From: a virus
Lineage: Duplodnaviria > Caudoviricetes
Direction: 5' to 3' (one strand)
Virus record (IMG/VR): IMGVR_UViG_3300035505_000270
Coordinates: 9,252 to 73,251 of that record
DNA length: 64,000 nt
Part shown: one piece after another, positions 20,901 to 29,735 of the stretch
How positions within the stretch are numbered: the first letter of the stretch is position 1
How the letters are laid out: every line of letters begins with the position of its first letter
The notes under the pieces: generated by a model
Told to the model about the DNA's origin: nothing
Database searches by the model: none
What the model saw: only the letters and a program-made list of their open reading frames with translations
Translations under genes and position numbers: made by a program

Positions 20901-20950
20901 ATGAAATTAAAGATCGATACGTTCATTTAGGTGGAGAAGAAATAGTATGA
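17946..20950 (+). CDS. nrdD: Anaerobic ribonucleoside-triphosphate reductase, split by a group I intron (exons 17946-19227 and 20022-20950; 736 aa spliced)
   Basis: N-terminal ATP cone, MGCRSFL, spliced junction YGR|F|NMGVTTINL, CxxC..CxxC, and glycyl-radical loop RTCGYIG. Confidence 0.93.
19228..20021 (+). mobile_element. Group I intron in nrdD (794 nt)
   Basis: P1 is GTCGGT/GCCGAC with a U.G pair. P10 is TTAAC/GTTAA. P3 is TTGCGTG/CGCGCAA. P7 is GACTAT(19924)/ATAGTC(20003). Terminal G20021. Confidence 0.92.
19370..19957 (+). CDS. Intron-encoded HNH homing endonuclease
   Basis: YYCSKDGKIYS (NUMOD4-like), IHKIVYETW and VLHKDDNSLNNNIDNLYLGT (HNH). The 3' end overlaps the P7 strand. Confidence 0.85.
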   Translation: MKTISIQGITYKQFKDTKYYCSKDGKIYSDFSQKILKPLIKNIGNKQYYYIDINFGNGQKHYPIHKIVYETWIGQIDNNLFVLHKDDNSLNNNIDNLYLGTQQQNIKDCQNNNHRIGNTWILTVYDKEKKETVTFCPAKEFITYSEHSCKNGGIKRVFTRNWFKQRYDIIDYYLCKSLDIKKGVTTMGDECSPVE

Positions 20951-21465
20951 GAATAGCAGGACTAATTAAAAATGATGTAGTAAATGGAATCGGAGTTTGT
21001 GTATCTCTTTTTACCCAAGGATGTCCGCATCACTGCAAGGGTTGCTTTAATCAAGATACTTGGGATTTTAATGGTGGCTATGAATCAGAAGAAATAAAAT
21101 GGGATATTATTAAAGCAATAGGAGAAAATGGTATCATAAGAAATTTCTCTGTTCTAGGCGGGGAGCCTCTCTGCCCAGAGAATAGAGCTGCAGTAAAAGA
21201 TATAATATCTGCAGTGCGAATGGCATATCCGCATATTAAAATCTTCGTATGGACTGGATATACTTTAGCTGAATTGCAAAAGGAAAAAGATAAAGATTTA
21301 GATTGCATTTTTTCTAATATAAATTATTTAATTGATGGACAATTTGTTCAAGAGGAAAAAGATTTATCCTTGTGGTTGCGCGGCAGCCGCAATCAGAATG
21401 TCTATCAAGTAACAGAAGATAAACAATTTGTTAAAATAGATAAAGGAGATAAGGATAATGAGTAA
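20947..21465 (+). CDS. nrdG: Anaerobic RNR activating protein (radical SAM)
   Basis: GCPHHCKGCFN, LGGEPL, IDGQF and RGSRNQ motifs; adjacent to nrdD. Confidence 0.92.
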   Translation: MRIAGLIKNDVVNGIGVCVSLFTQGCPHHCKGCFNQDTWDFNGGYESEEIKWDIIKAIGENGIIRNFSVLGGEPLCPENRAAVKDIISAVRMAYPHIKIFVWTGYTLAELQKEKDKDLDCIFSNINYLIDGQFVQEEKDLSLWLRGSRNQNVYQVTEDKQFVKIDKGDKDNE

Positions 21466-21868
21466 CAATGAATCTAAGGATATAGCTGTAGGTACAATGT
21501 ACCAATTAAATAAAAACTTAGTCATACAGAATGAAAAACCGCTCAAGCCTTTTGAAATTAAAGATAAAATAAAAGAAATAAAAAACTTTTTCAAAACAAG
21601 TAATAATACTTATTTCATGTTATTATGCCATGAACAAAGAGATTATACATTATTTAACTTCTTAGAAAAAGATATTGCTGCCATATCGACAAGTGGAAAT
21701 GACATTCAAGAATGCTTAGAGAATAGAGGTATTATCCTTGGTATTGATTTAACCGAAGATAAAAATGCTTATGAAATCTGGCTAAGTATCAACGATGAAG
21801 CTTTTTGCTATTATCTTTTCCCTTATGACTTAGGTGTCATAGAAATTGGAGGTTCTTATGAGTCGTAA
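21458..21868 (+). CDS. Hypothetical protein
   Basis: 136 aa ORF with an AAGGAG RBS, overlapping its neighbours. Confidence 0.65.
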   Translation: MSNNESKDIAVGTMYQLNKNLVIQNEKPLKPFEIKDKIKEIKNFFKTSNNTYFMLLCHEQRDYTLFNFLEKDIAAISTSGNDIQECLENRGIILGIDLTEDKNAYEIWLSINDEAFCYYLFPYDLGVIEIGGSYES

Positions 21869-22121
21869 AATAGTTGGATTGATTAGACCATTTGATGTGA
21901 AACAAAATTTTTATGTTTATGAAGATGGTAATAAATTAGGAGATACTACTGCTACTATTGATACTCTTAATGATACTATTTTTTCATTAACTGATGAATA
22001 TAATGTTACAAAAGTAGATTTAGTAGGTCCTAAGCAATATATCCGCGGATTGTCAAAAAAACTTCAAGAGGCGGAAATAGCTAAATACAATGAAAATAAA
22101 ATTGAAATTAATATAGTATAG
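21858..22121 (+). CDS. Hypothetical protein
   Basis: GGAGG RBS before ATG 21858. Confidence 0.6.
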   Translation: MSRKIVGLIRPFDVKQNFYVYEDGNKLGDTTATIDTLNDTIFSLTDEYNVTKVDLVGPKQYIRGLSKKLQEAEIAKYNENKIEINIV

Positions 22122-22142
22122 ATTAAAAGGAGATAAAAGGAT

Positions 22143-22400
22143 ATGGGAAAATATTTATTAAAGGTTGAAGAAACTTATAGAGTAGATAATGAAGCAGAAG
22201 CGGCTGCACTTATTGAAGAAGCTAAGAAAGATAATCACTTTGAATTAGCTAAATATACTTCTGTAAAGAGGCAGCGCAAAGTCAAGGGCGAAATCGAAGA
22301 TGAGTGGGTCCGAACCACGCTCACAAAGATTTTTGATGATGAACGTGAACCTATAGGCTCCGCTTCTATTAGCTATAATACTTCAGGAAGTGCATTTTAG
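22143..22400 (+). CDS. Hypothetical protein
   Basis: 85 aa ORF with RBS. Confidence 0.6.
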   Translation: MGKYLLKVEETYRVDNEAEAAALIEEAKKDNHFELAKYTSVKRQRKVKGEIEDEWVRTTLTKIFDDEREPIGSASISYNTSGSAF

Positions 22401-22414
22401 GAGGATTTAACATA

Positions 22415-22852
22415 ATGAAGATGAATATTAAATTAACAGATGATAATGCACATATTCCTTCAAGAGGTAGCAAATATAGCGCAGGTTATGATTTATATGC
22501 CGCTATTGATGAACCTGTAAAAATTAACCCTCATTCTACAGAAAAGATTAGTGCGGGAATCGCTATTGCGCTACCAGAAAATACTTTTGGAGCTATCTTT
22601 GCACGTAGTGGATTGGCTACGAAACAAGGCCTACGTCCAGCGAATTGTGTCGGTGTCATTGATGCAGATTACCGAGGTAGTGTGATTGTACCCTTACATA
22701 ATGATAGCGAAGAGGTAAGAACAATAGAGCCAAAAGAAAGAATTGCTCAATTAGTAGTTTTACCTTTTATCCCAGTTGAATTTAATCTTGTAGAAGATTT
22801 GGATGAAACAGAGCGCGGGAGTGGAGGGTTTGGTTCAACCGGAGTCAATTAA
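22415..22852 (+). CDS. dut: Trimeric dUTPase
   Basis: AGYDL, ARSGLA, GVIDADYRG, RIAQL and RGSGGFGSTG motifs. Confidence 0.95.
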   Translation: MKMNIKLTDDNAHIPSRGSKYSAGYDLYAAIDEPVKINPHSTEKISAGIAIALPENTFGAIFARSGLATKQGLRPANCVGVIDADYRGSVIVPLHNDSEEVRTIEPKERIAQLVVLPFIPVEFNLVEDLDETERGSGGFGSTGVN

Positions 22853-22865
22853 TATTTTAAATATA

Positions 22866-22900
22866 TAAGAGTAACTTTAATTAGTTACTCTTATTTTTTT
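22866..22900 (+). terminator. Rho-independent terminator
   Basis: TAAGAGTAACT-TTAATT-AGTTACTCTTA followed by T7. Confidence 0.75.
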
Positions 22901-22911
22901 ACTAAAACTCC

Positions 22912-22940
22912 TTGACAACTGAAAAATTTTGTGGTATAAT
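22912..22940 (+). promoter_or_regulatory. sigmaA-like promoter
   Basis: Perfect TTGACA-N17-TATAAT with TG. Confidence 0.85.
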
Positions 22941-22966
22941 CTAGGTAAAGTTAAGGAGGCTTATAA

Positions 22967-23449
22967 ATGATTTTAACATTGGATCTTTCTTCTAAATCTA
23001 GCGGTTGGTGCGTTGGAGATGGAAGTAAAATTATAGATTATGGATGTATAACTTCTACAAGTACATCTAATTTAAAAAGAATTATTATCATGCGAGATGG
23101 TATTAAAGAGATTTTAAATAAATATAATATTAAAGAAATTGTAATAGAAGAAGTAAGAACCGATTATAAAAATGCTCATACTTATAAAATATTAACTTGG
23201 CTTCAAGGAGTTATTGCGGTTGCCGCCTATGAGATTAACCCCAAGATCAACATTACCTATATCCAGCCTTCGTCCTGGAGGTCTAAAATAGGAATCCATA
23301 CCGGCCGCAGTATAAAAAGAGAAGAACTCAAAAAAGCAGATATTGAATATGTAAAAAATAAATATGGAATTGAAGCTAATGATGATATTTGTGATGCTAT
23401 TTGTATCTATGATTCTACTTTAATATCAACAGAAGAAAGTGCTTGGTAA
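22967..23449 (+). CDS. RuvC-like Holliday junction resolvase
   Basis: ILTLDLSSKSSGW, IVIEE, PSSWR and DDICDAICI are RNase H-fold acidic motifs. Confidence 0.75.
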   Translation: MILTLDLSSKSSGWCVGDGSKIIDYGCITSTSTSNLKRIIIMRDGIKEILNKYNIKEIVIEEVRTDYKNAHTYKILTWLQGVIAVAAYEINPKINITYIQPSSWRSKIGIHTGRSIKREELKKADIEYVKNKYGIEANDDICDAICIYDSTLISTEESAW

Positions 23450-23457
23450 ACAAAAAT

Positions 23458-23483
23458 GGGAGATAGCTTTTACACTATCTCCC
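23458..23483. terminator. Bidirectional terminator between the convergent arms
   Basis: GGGAGATAG-N8-CTATCTCCC, with A-rich sequence on the left and T-rich sequence on the right. Confidence 0.7.
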
Positions 23484-23488
23484 TAATT

Positions 23489-23728
23489 TTATTTTGTCAC
23501 TTTACTTTCCATGCGCGACTCGTGTTCCATGTAAGGCAGAGTATGATACTCTACTTCTTCTTTTGATTCCATCGCTTTAGATACATGACAGTAATAGATA
23601 GCTTCTTCTATGTCTTTAATCATATCTATTACTTCACCTAACTCAGCGGTATCGACTGTCCTTAGATCGCTCATATGCGCCATCGCCGCATCTATTAAAG
23701 TATTTTTAATATGTCTTAATCTTTCCAT
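23489..23728 (-). CDS. Accessory cassette gene 5: small helical protein
   Basis: TAAGGAGG RBS before ATG 23728; MERLRHIKNTL...ELGEVIDMIKDIEEAIYYC. Confidence 0.65.
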   Translation of the reverse strand: MERLRHIKNTLIDAAMAHMSDLRTVDTAELGEVIDMIKDIEEAIYYCHVSKAMESKEEVEYHTLPYMEHESRMESKVTK

Positions 23729-23738
23729 GCGTTCCTCC

Positions 23739-24161
23739 TTATGCGACTCTTTCAACCAATAAATTTGCATTTTGAATATTAATTGATTGAGTACTAACAT
23801 TTTTTATAGTAATTTGAGAGCAGCATCCCGCAGGAACGTCTATAAATACTGAGCTTGATACATTATTAAATTGACCTACAGTAGTAGTTGTGGATGTCAT
23901 AATTGAACTATCTAAGGCCTCTCCATTTTCAGCTATAGCGATAGAAATTGCTCCTGAAGTACCAGTAGTAGGAATAGCTAAATTTCCATTAAAGGATACT
24001 TTATATCTTGCGCGGGACTGGCGTGTGAGACCGCGCAAGGTCACTAACCCACTGCCGCTTCTATGTAAGATTGAACAATTTCCGCCGATAGGTTCATTGG
24101 TAAATAATATATCTTGATTTGCGGCTACTGTTTGAACAGCGTTTGCTGTATATTCAGCCAT
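23739..24161 (-). CDS. Accessory cassette gene 4: beta-sandwich protein, possibly C1q/BclA-CTD-like
   Basis: 140 aa with alternating beta-strand pattern (RYKVSFNGNLAI, QITIKNVS, ANLLVERVA) and a CC motif. Fold is inferred. Confidence 0.55.
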   Translation of the reverse strand: MAEYTANAVQTVAANQDILFTNEPIGGNCSILHRSGSGLVTLRGLTRQSRARYKVSFNGNLAIPTTGTSGAISIAIAENGEALDSSIMTSTTTTVGQFNNVSSSVFIDVPAGCCSQITIKNVSTQSINIQNANLLVERVA

Positions 24162-24180
24162 TGTTTTTCATCCTCCTTCT

Positions 24181-25014
24181 TTAAACTGCACAATCACATC
24201 CATAGCCTAATCCATAACCGATATAGGGATTAGCTACTTGGTATGCAGGAATTGGAGCAGGTCTTAACTGGTTAACAAGATAATTGTTTTGTGCACATTG
24301 ACTAGCTGCAAATTTAAGATTCTGATTTTCAGCTTGTAAAGTAGAAAGTTTATCTTGAACAAGGAAATCTAAGATACTTCTTGTTGCACAATTCTGATTA
24401 TCAATTATATCTCTTGTTGTGCTCTGGATTGTATTCTTTACGTCGCAAGTGTTGGATGCAATCTGGAACGCAATATCTTTCTGACCGGATTCATTTCGGC
24501 AGCAACAATCTGCCATTTGAGATTGAAGAGCATTGGTATTTTGCATACCAGCTACAACAGTACCATTAATTGCTTGCTGAATTGCATTAGTGTTTTGCAT
24601 ATTTGCAATAGTAGCATTAGTAATCTCTTGCTGGATTGCATTAGTATTTTGATTTAAAGTATTAGTTAAACCATTAAATCCCGCACACATAGTCTGCTGT
24701 CCATCCGCAAATCCATTTAACATTCCAGTATTCATGGCATAGAATCCATCACACAGACCTGACTGAACTCCTCTTACTGAACTTTCAAGCTGATTGAAAT
24801 TCATATCTTGACAAAGGTCTGCTCTTGTCAAAGCGCCTTGCGCCGATGCAGAGTTAGCACCATATCCATTATTACCCCATCCCATAAACATAAATAAGAA
24901 TAAGATAATTATCCACCAAGCGGAACCGCTTCCGCCAAATCCACCGCCATCTTCTCTACTAGCGGCTGCAATATCAGATAAACTATAACCTTCACCTGAA
25001 TTAAACATATACAT
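24181..25014 (-). CDS. Accessory cassette gene 3: membrane-anchored Asn/Gln-rich coiled-coil, Cys-rich protein
   Basis: Gly-flanked hydrophobic segment AWWIIILFLFMFMGWG, repeated NTNAIQQ heptads, CCC and a C-terminal CDC. Confidence 0.65.
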   Translation of the reverse strand: MYMFNSGEGYSLSDIAAASREDGGGFGGSGSAWWIIILFLFMFMGWGNNGYGANSASAQGALTRADLCQDMNFNQLESSVRGVQSGLCDGFYAMNTGMLNGFADGQQTMCAGFNGLTNTLNQNTNAIQQEITNATIANMQNTNAIQQAINGTVVAGMQNTNALQSQMADCCCRNESGQKDIAFQIASNTCDVKNTIQSTTRDIIDNQNCATRSILDFLVQDKLSTLQAENQNLKFAASQCAQNNYLVNQLRPAPIPAYQVANPYIGYGLGYGCDCAV

Positions 25015-25042
25015 TTTCCTCCTGTATAAAATATTTATTTAT

Positions 25043-25288
25043 TTAAAGTCCAAACATACGTTTGAAATCATTAAATTCTTTATCAAAATCTTTTCCTTGC
25101 TCTTTACATAAATTTCGAGCAACTTGCTCTATTTCAGCAGTCTGATTATTTTTTGCTAAATTAAATAAATTAGTAGCAATAGGATTATTTTGAGATTGCT
25201 GTTGTAGTACATTCATAACAAAATTCTGCAGGTTCCCGCATCCTTTTACCATTTGTATAAATTGCATGGGATTTACATTAGAAGCCAT
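25043..25288 (-). CDS. Accessory cassette gene 2: small Gln/Asn-rich helical protein
   Basis: 81 aa, NPMQFIQM...NPIATNL; start overlaps the upstream stop. Confidence 0.65.
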   Translation of the reverse strand: MASNVNPMQFIQMVKGCGNLQNFVMNVLQQQSQNNPIATNLFNLAKNNQTAEIEQVARNLCKEQGKDFDKEFNDFKRMFGL

Positions 25289-25655
25289 TTTTAACTACCT
25301 CTACTTTCTTTGTGTCTTTTGGTTTCAAGAGGGAATCAATTTTATTTTCTAATCCCTCTATTTTTTGTAATAAAATATCATTTAGGTTTTGTGCGGCGGG
25401 CGCTGGCTCGGGGGATGCAGGCTTAAATGTAATAATACTAGTCGTACCATTATTATTCCATGACTTAATATATACTTCACTTAAATCTGCTTTTGGAAAT
25501 ACGCCATACCCGCCTATAGGAACTTCAGTTGCTTTTACAACATCTGCGCTATCAACTATTTTACCATTTAAATATTGCTGTTGTTGTATCTGCGGTTGCT
25601 GTGGCATATAATTATACTGATAACCATTCATATAGCCTGGATTATAATAATTCAT
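25278..25655 (-). CDS. Accessory cassette gene 1
   Basis: Low-complexity Y/N/Q/P N-terminus followed by a compact domain (VFPKADLSEVYIKSW). AGGAGG RBS. Confidence 0.65.
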   Translation of the reverse strand: MNYYNPGYMNGYQYNYMPQQPQIQQQQYLNGKIVDSADVVKATEVPIGGYGVFPKADLSEVYIKSWNNNGTTSIITFKPASPEPAPAAQNLNDILLQKIEGLENKIDSLLKPKDTKKVEVVKNGF

Positions 25656-25705
25656 TTACTTATTAATTCCTCCTTTTATTTCTTTTGTCCTTCTTGACAT
25701 ATTTA

Positions 25706-25743
25706 TATGAAAATTTCTATAAATGGAATTTAATAAGTTGTCC
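25706..25743 (-). promoter_or_regulatory. Candidate late promoter motif for the 5-gene cassette
   Basis: GGACAA-N28-CATATAAATA on the minus strand. Confidence 0.5.
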
Positions 25744-25888
25744 TAAATTTTCATTAAAATTTCTTACCGCATTTAAATTTGGCAGGTAGCTAATTTTATT
25801 TTTAAAGGGATTATAATTTTATCATTAGAAAAGTTTTTTAAGAAAATATCCTAAATAGGATTTAAATAAGACTTGCAAAAATAAAAAA

Positions 25889-25914
25889 TGTGCGTAGAAA
25901 TTAATCTACGCACA
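25889..25914 (-). terminator. Rho-independent terminator ending the tail-fibre operon
   Basis: TGTGCGTAGA-N6-TCTACGCACA followed by a T tract on the minus strand. Confidence 0.75.
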
Positions 25915-25923
25915 ATGTATATA

Positions 25924-26178
25924 TTATTCATTTATTATCCATTTTTTCCACTCTTCATCATCCACTTGAGGAAGAGTAGCTTGTAGTTCAGCGATTTCCG
26001 CCTCTAACTTATTAATTTGAGCTCTATAGCTAGCTCTTATATTTTTTGCCTCTGCATATTCTTCTTCAGAAATAGCGCCTTCCGCATACTTAATGGCTTT
26101 GTAATCACTCATTTCTAAAGCTTGTTTAAGAGCACGAATTTGACAATTATAATTTTCTATTTGTTCATAAGTTTCCAT
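25924..26178 (-). CDS. Small tail-fibre-associated protein
   Basis: LEMSDYKAIKYAEG...RAQINKLE; last gene of the fibre cluster. Confidence 0.5.
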   Translation of the reverse strand: METYEQIENYNCQIRALKQALEMSDYKAIKYAEGAISEEEYAEAKNIRASYRAQINKLEAEIAELQATLPQVDDEEWKKWIINE

Positions 26179-26196
26179 ATTAGACTCCTTTTATCC

Positions 26197-27045
26197 TTAT
26201 ATCATACCACCAATTCTAAAGCAAAGTGGCACACCTAATGAGGTATCGGCTGCTTCATGACAAGCATACCCATTAGCGTGTACACAACATACTGTAGTAT
26301 TATCTCCACTTGCTGGCGTATTAAGCCACCAACTAATAGGAGAACCATTACTCTTTTTTAATCTAGTTCTAGGTCTAAATTTAAACAAAGGATATTGCGT
26401 CTGCTGAACATCTGAGATTTTATCCGTTCCCCAAAGCGCACATCCAAATACCTCACATTCAGTGGGAAGCCACAAATAGCCTGGACTAAAAATACCTGTA
26501 GTTTTTGAATCAATCATATCTTTAGACCTTGCTACTTCTGAATAAATATATTTATTAAGAATTATATGTTGAACTTCATCTGGCAAAAGTGTAGTATATA
26601 TATTATTTAAATCATACCATAAATCTGCTTGTATTATTGGAGTTCCAGTTGCTCCTTGTTTTTGTTGAAATATAGAATCGCGGTTAGTACCTGCAGCACT
26701 CTTACCAGTTGAATCCCACACATAAGTAGAATTTAAACAATTTTTACTTATCCAATCAATATGATGATACAAATTAGCATTATTACCATTACTAGTGTAT
26801 GCATATGAGCCATAATAAGTATCTATCCCCGCAATTTGCATTTCAACTACTTCACCATTATTTAATGTTAAAGACTTCCAATCTCCCACCCTTAAATCAA
26901 GTAAATCATTATTTAAAATTTTTTGTAATAATTCAGTCCAACTATATTCAGTTATCTCTCTACCTTCATACATATCTATTTCAAGGCCAGAATCTTCACC
27001 AAAAGTATATAATTTACCATCTAAGTTTATACTATTAATTATCAT
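26197..27045 (-). CDS. DUF6273-like (C-type-lectin-fold) receptor-binding paralog 4
   Basis: VGDWK, MQIAGIDTY, HHIDWI, LWLPTECEVFG, QYPLF, WWL...GVPLCFRIGG. Confidence 0.7.
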   Translation of the reverse strand: MIINSINLDGKLYTFGEDSGLEIDMYEGREITEYSWTELLQKILNNDLLDLRVGDWKSLTLNNGEVVEMQIAGIDTYYGSYAYTSNGNNANLYHHIDWISKNCLNSTYVWDSTGKSAAGTNRDSIFQQKQGATGTPIIQADLWYDLNNIYTTLLPDEVQHIILNKYIYSEVARSKDMIDSKTTGIFSPGYLWLPTECEVFGCALWGTDKISDVQQTQYPLFKFRPRTRLKKSNGSPISWWLNTPASGDNTTVCCVHANGYACHEAADTSLGVPLCFRIGGMI

Positions 27046-27937
27046 TCCATTCTCCTCCTATTCTAAAGCAAATAAGGAAATTAGAATTACAATCCATGTA
27101 TTTAAGCTTTGTTAAGCTTCCATAATCATCTACATAAAGTATTGCAGTATTTTCCTTTCCATCAGTAGTAGCCAATGGCCATACAAGATTAGTATAACGA
27201 TAACTATCATTCATAAAACTATTAGCTATATGTTTCATTCTACTGCTAGCATTTCTAAAAATAGGGTACTGTATTGTAGAAGCATAACCTGTAGAAGCAT
27301 AATATGCTGCTTCATCAGATAATCTAGGTCTAACGCTTCCAAACACTTCTCCTTCAGTAGGCAGCCATAATTTTCCTATTTCACCGCTATCTAACATTCC
27401 TGCTGGATAGCCAGTTGTCATAGGATTTATTTTAGTAGTAATACAAGATTGTAATTCCTCTGATAAATAATTAAAAAAAGTATTATTTAAATAAGAATAT
27501 ATATTAGATTTTTTAAATGGAGAATATTGAGTATAAGCAGATATAGACGAAAAATCTGTCAATGTCCAGTGCGAATCTTCTGTTCCGGCATAGAGAACAT
27601 CCTTACTAATCCAATCTATATGATGACCTATTTTCCAAAAAGGGTCTCCTCCTACCCATCCATAGCGCATTCCATAATAAGTATCTATTCCCGCAATCTG
27701 CATTTTAATAGTTTTCATAGCATAAAGAACATCATCCCCTCCATCTAAAATAATAGTTTTATAATCACCAATTTGTAAGCCTGAAAAGTCATTATCCAAA
27801 CATTTCTGTTTTAAATCTGACCAAGTAAACTCATTCAATTCTCTTCCTTGTGTAAATAAAGTAGGTTCTTGATGAATATTAGAAGCAATACTATATTCTG
27901 TTCCATTTAAATTTATATTTTTTAAATAATTTGACAT
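27035..27937 (-). CDS. DUF6273-like receptor-binding paralog 3
   Basis: IGDYK, MQIAGIDTY, HHIDWI, LWLPTEGEVFG, QYPIF, CFRIGG. Confidence 0.7.
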   Translation of the reverse strand: MSNYLKNINLNGTEYSIASNIHQEPTLFTQGRELNEFTWSDLKQKCLDNDFSGLQIGDYKTIILDGGDDVLYAMKTIKMQIAGIDTYYGMRYGWVGGDPFWKIGHHIDWISKDVLYAGTEDSHWTLTDFSSISAYTQYSPFKKSNIYSYLNNTFFNYLSEELQSCITTKINPMTTGYPAGMLDSGEIGKLWLPTEGEVFGSVRPRLSDEAAYYASTGYASTIQYPIFRNASSRMKHIANSFMNDSYRYTNLVWPLATTDGKENTAILYVDDYGSLTKLKYMDCNSNFLICFRIGGEWNDN

Positions 27938-27939
27938 AA

Positions 27940-28815
27940 TTATCCCCCTATTCTAAAACAAGGAACTACTAAATATGTATCATGATAAGTAGCTAAACTA
28001 CGGCCAGGGCAACCATACCAATTAATTTGACCACAAAATCCTGTATTATTAAATGCAACGGTTCCTTCTTCTTCGTTATATCCTAATTTTTCACTATAAG
28101 GACTCCCGCACACCACTAAATTTCTTAGCCACCAGCGCTGGTCTATTCCAGTTGCACCATTCTTTTTTACCCTAACTTCCCTACCATAATTCGCAAATAA
28201 AGGATACTGAATAGCAGAAATGGCTGAATAAGGTGCTTCTCCATAATTTATTGAACCGCATATTTCATATTCAGACAAAAGCCAAATCTTACCTAAATCG
28301 CATAATCCATAATCAGAAGTAAGACTTTGACACGCATTAGATTTGCTTGGATATTTTGTATTTTCACGATATTCTAAATAATCTTTTTTATTAATTATTA
28401 CATTTCTAACTTCTGTTGGGAACCAATTATATACTGTATTATTTAAAAACTTATATATATCACTTTCTAAATAAGAATAACCAGGAAACATATAACATGT
28501 ATCATTATCTCCCCATATTTGTAAAGTAGATAACCCATTTTTAGGTACCCAGTCTATGTGATGAGTATATTGCTCACATAATCCATAAAAAGTATCTATT
28601 CCCGCAATCTGCATTACTATTTGTTCATTAGTAGCTAAAGTAACAGTTTTCCAATCTCCTACATGAAGCCCAGAAAAATCATTATCTACACATTTTTGCT
28701 TTAGCTCTGACCAAGTAAATTCATCTAATTCATGACCTCGATATAATGGAGAAGGAGAACTATTAGTAATTCTAAATTTTTCATCATTTAAAGATATATT
28801 TGTTAATTGTGTCAT
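27940..28815 (-). CDS. DUF6273-like receptor-binding paralog 2
   Basis: Start at MTQLTN after an AGGAG RBS. VGDWK, MQIAGIDTF, IWLLSEYEICG, WWLRN, VVPCFRIGG. Confidence 0.7.
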   Translation of the reverse strand: MTQLTNISLNDEKFRITNSSPSPLYRGHELDEFTWSELKQKCVDNDFSGLHVGDWKTVTLATNEQIVMQIAGIDTFYGLCEQYTHHIDWVPKNGLSTLQIWGDNDTCYMFPGYSYLESDIYKFLNNTVYNWFPTEVRNVIINKKDYLEYRENTKYPSKSNACQSLTSDYGLCDLGKIWLLSEYEICGSINYGEAPYSAISAIQYPLFANYGREVRVKKNGATGIDQRWWLRNLVVCGSPYSEKLGYNEEEGTVAFNNTGFCGQINWYGCPGRSLATYHDTYLVVPCFRIGG

Positions 28816-28817
28816 TT

Positions 28818-29711
28818 TTATTCTCCTGAAATTGTAAAACATATTGGATGATAGTTAAATGTATTATAAGAGCTATCTGAAATGTATGGACCTTGACAAG
28901 TAACAAGAATACCATGAGAATCTACTGCGCAAACTTCTGTAGTTGAATTTGCAGCTACAGTTGCTAACCACCATTTTACAGCAGAACCCCCATCTCGAGT
29001 GCTTTTTACTCTAAAAGATGGATTATTTCTAAATATAGGATATTGTACTCCAGTAGTAGAAAATTTTGGAGTTCCCGCAATAGTAGAGCCAAAAACCTCG
29101 TATTCTGTTGGAAGCCACAAATAATTAGCTGCATTATACCAATAGATATTAATTCCATTAGAATTATCTATTGTTATAATACTATTAGCACTATCTCTGC
29201 CGCATCGTCTTTCCATTGGAGCTTCTTTACTACTAAGTACGTTTATAACTTCAGAAGGCAACCCTGAATTATGAAATGTACTATTGCTCCAATAAGTATA
29301 CCTATAAGGATAAGGGTTTCCATTATTATCAATACGAGATGAGCTCCAGGGGCCGGATACCGGTGCTACATTTTTCCCAATCCAATCTATATGATGATAG
29401 TCCATTCCAGAGCCATAATAGGTATCAATACCCGCTATACACATACGATTAGAATAGCCAAAAGTAGTAATAGTTTTATAATCTCCAACTCTAAGACCTG
29501 AAAAATCATTATTTCTACATTTTTGCTTCAAATCTGCCCATGTAAATTCATCTAATTCTCTTCCTTCATATAAAGTAGGCTCTGAATAATTAGAATAACC
29601 ACTTGATTCAATAAATAAAGTGCTATCTGCAACAGAAAATGAAGTGTTACCTCCACTTCCCCCGCTTAAATCATATTCATTATTATCTAAAATTAATTTA
29701 CTAATAGCCAT
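28818..29711 (-). CDS. DUF6273-like receptor-binding paralog 1
   Basis: VGDYK, IAGIDTY, LWLPTEYEVFG, QYPIF, WWLAT, PICFTI. Confidence 0.7.
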   Translation of the reverse strand: MAISKLILDNNEYDLSGGSGGNTSFSVADSTLFIESSGYSNYSEPTLYEGRELDEFTWADLKQKCRNNDFSGLRVGDYKTITTFGYSNRMCIAGIDTYYGSGMDYHHIDWIGKNVAPVSGPWSSSRIDNNGNPYPYRYTYWSNSTFHNSGLPSEVINVLSSKEAPMERRCGRDSANSIITIDNSNGINIYWYNAANYLWLPTEYEVFGSTIAGTPKFSTTGVQYPIFRNNPSFRVKSTRDGGSAVKWWLATVAANSTTEVCAVDSHGILVTCQGPYISDSSYNTFNYHPICFTISGE

Positions 29712-29735
29712 TTCATTTCCCCCCTTAGCTATTTT

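Noticed and set aside
4188-20950. Inteins in DnaB, DnaE or NrdD
   Set aside because: Each interruption contains in-frame stops and lacks C/S...HN intein ends, while group I P1, P7, P10 and terminal G features are present.
26197-29711. Diversity-generating retroelement targeting the lectin-fold genes
   Set aside because: No reverse transcriptase, Avd or template repeat is visible in the window. The 3' ends differ at all bases, not only at adenines, and are not near-identical copies. A DGR elsewhere in the genome cannot be excluded.
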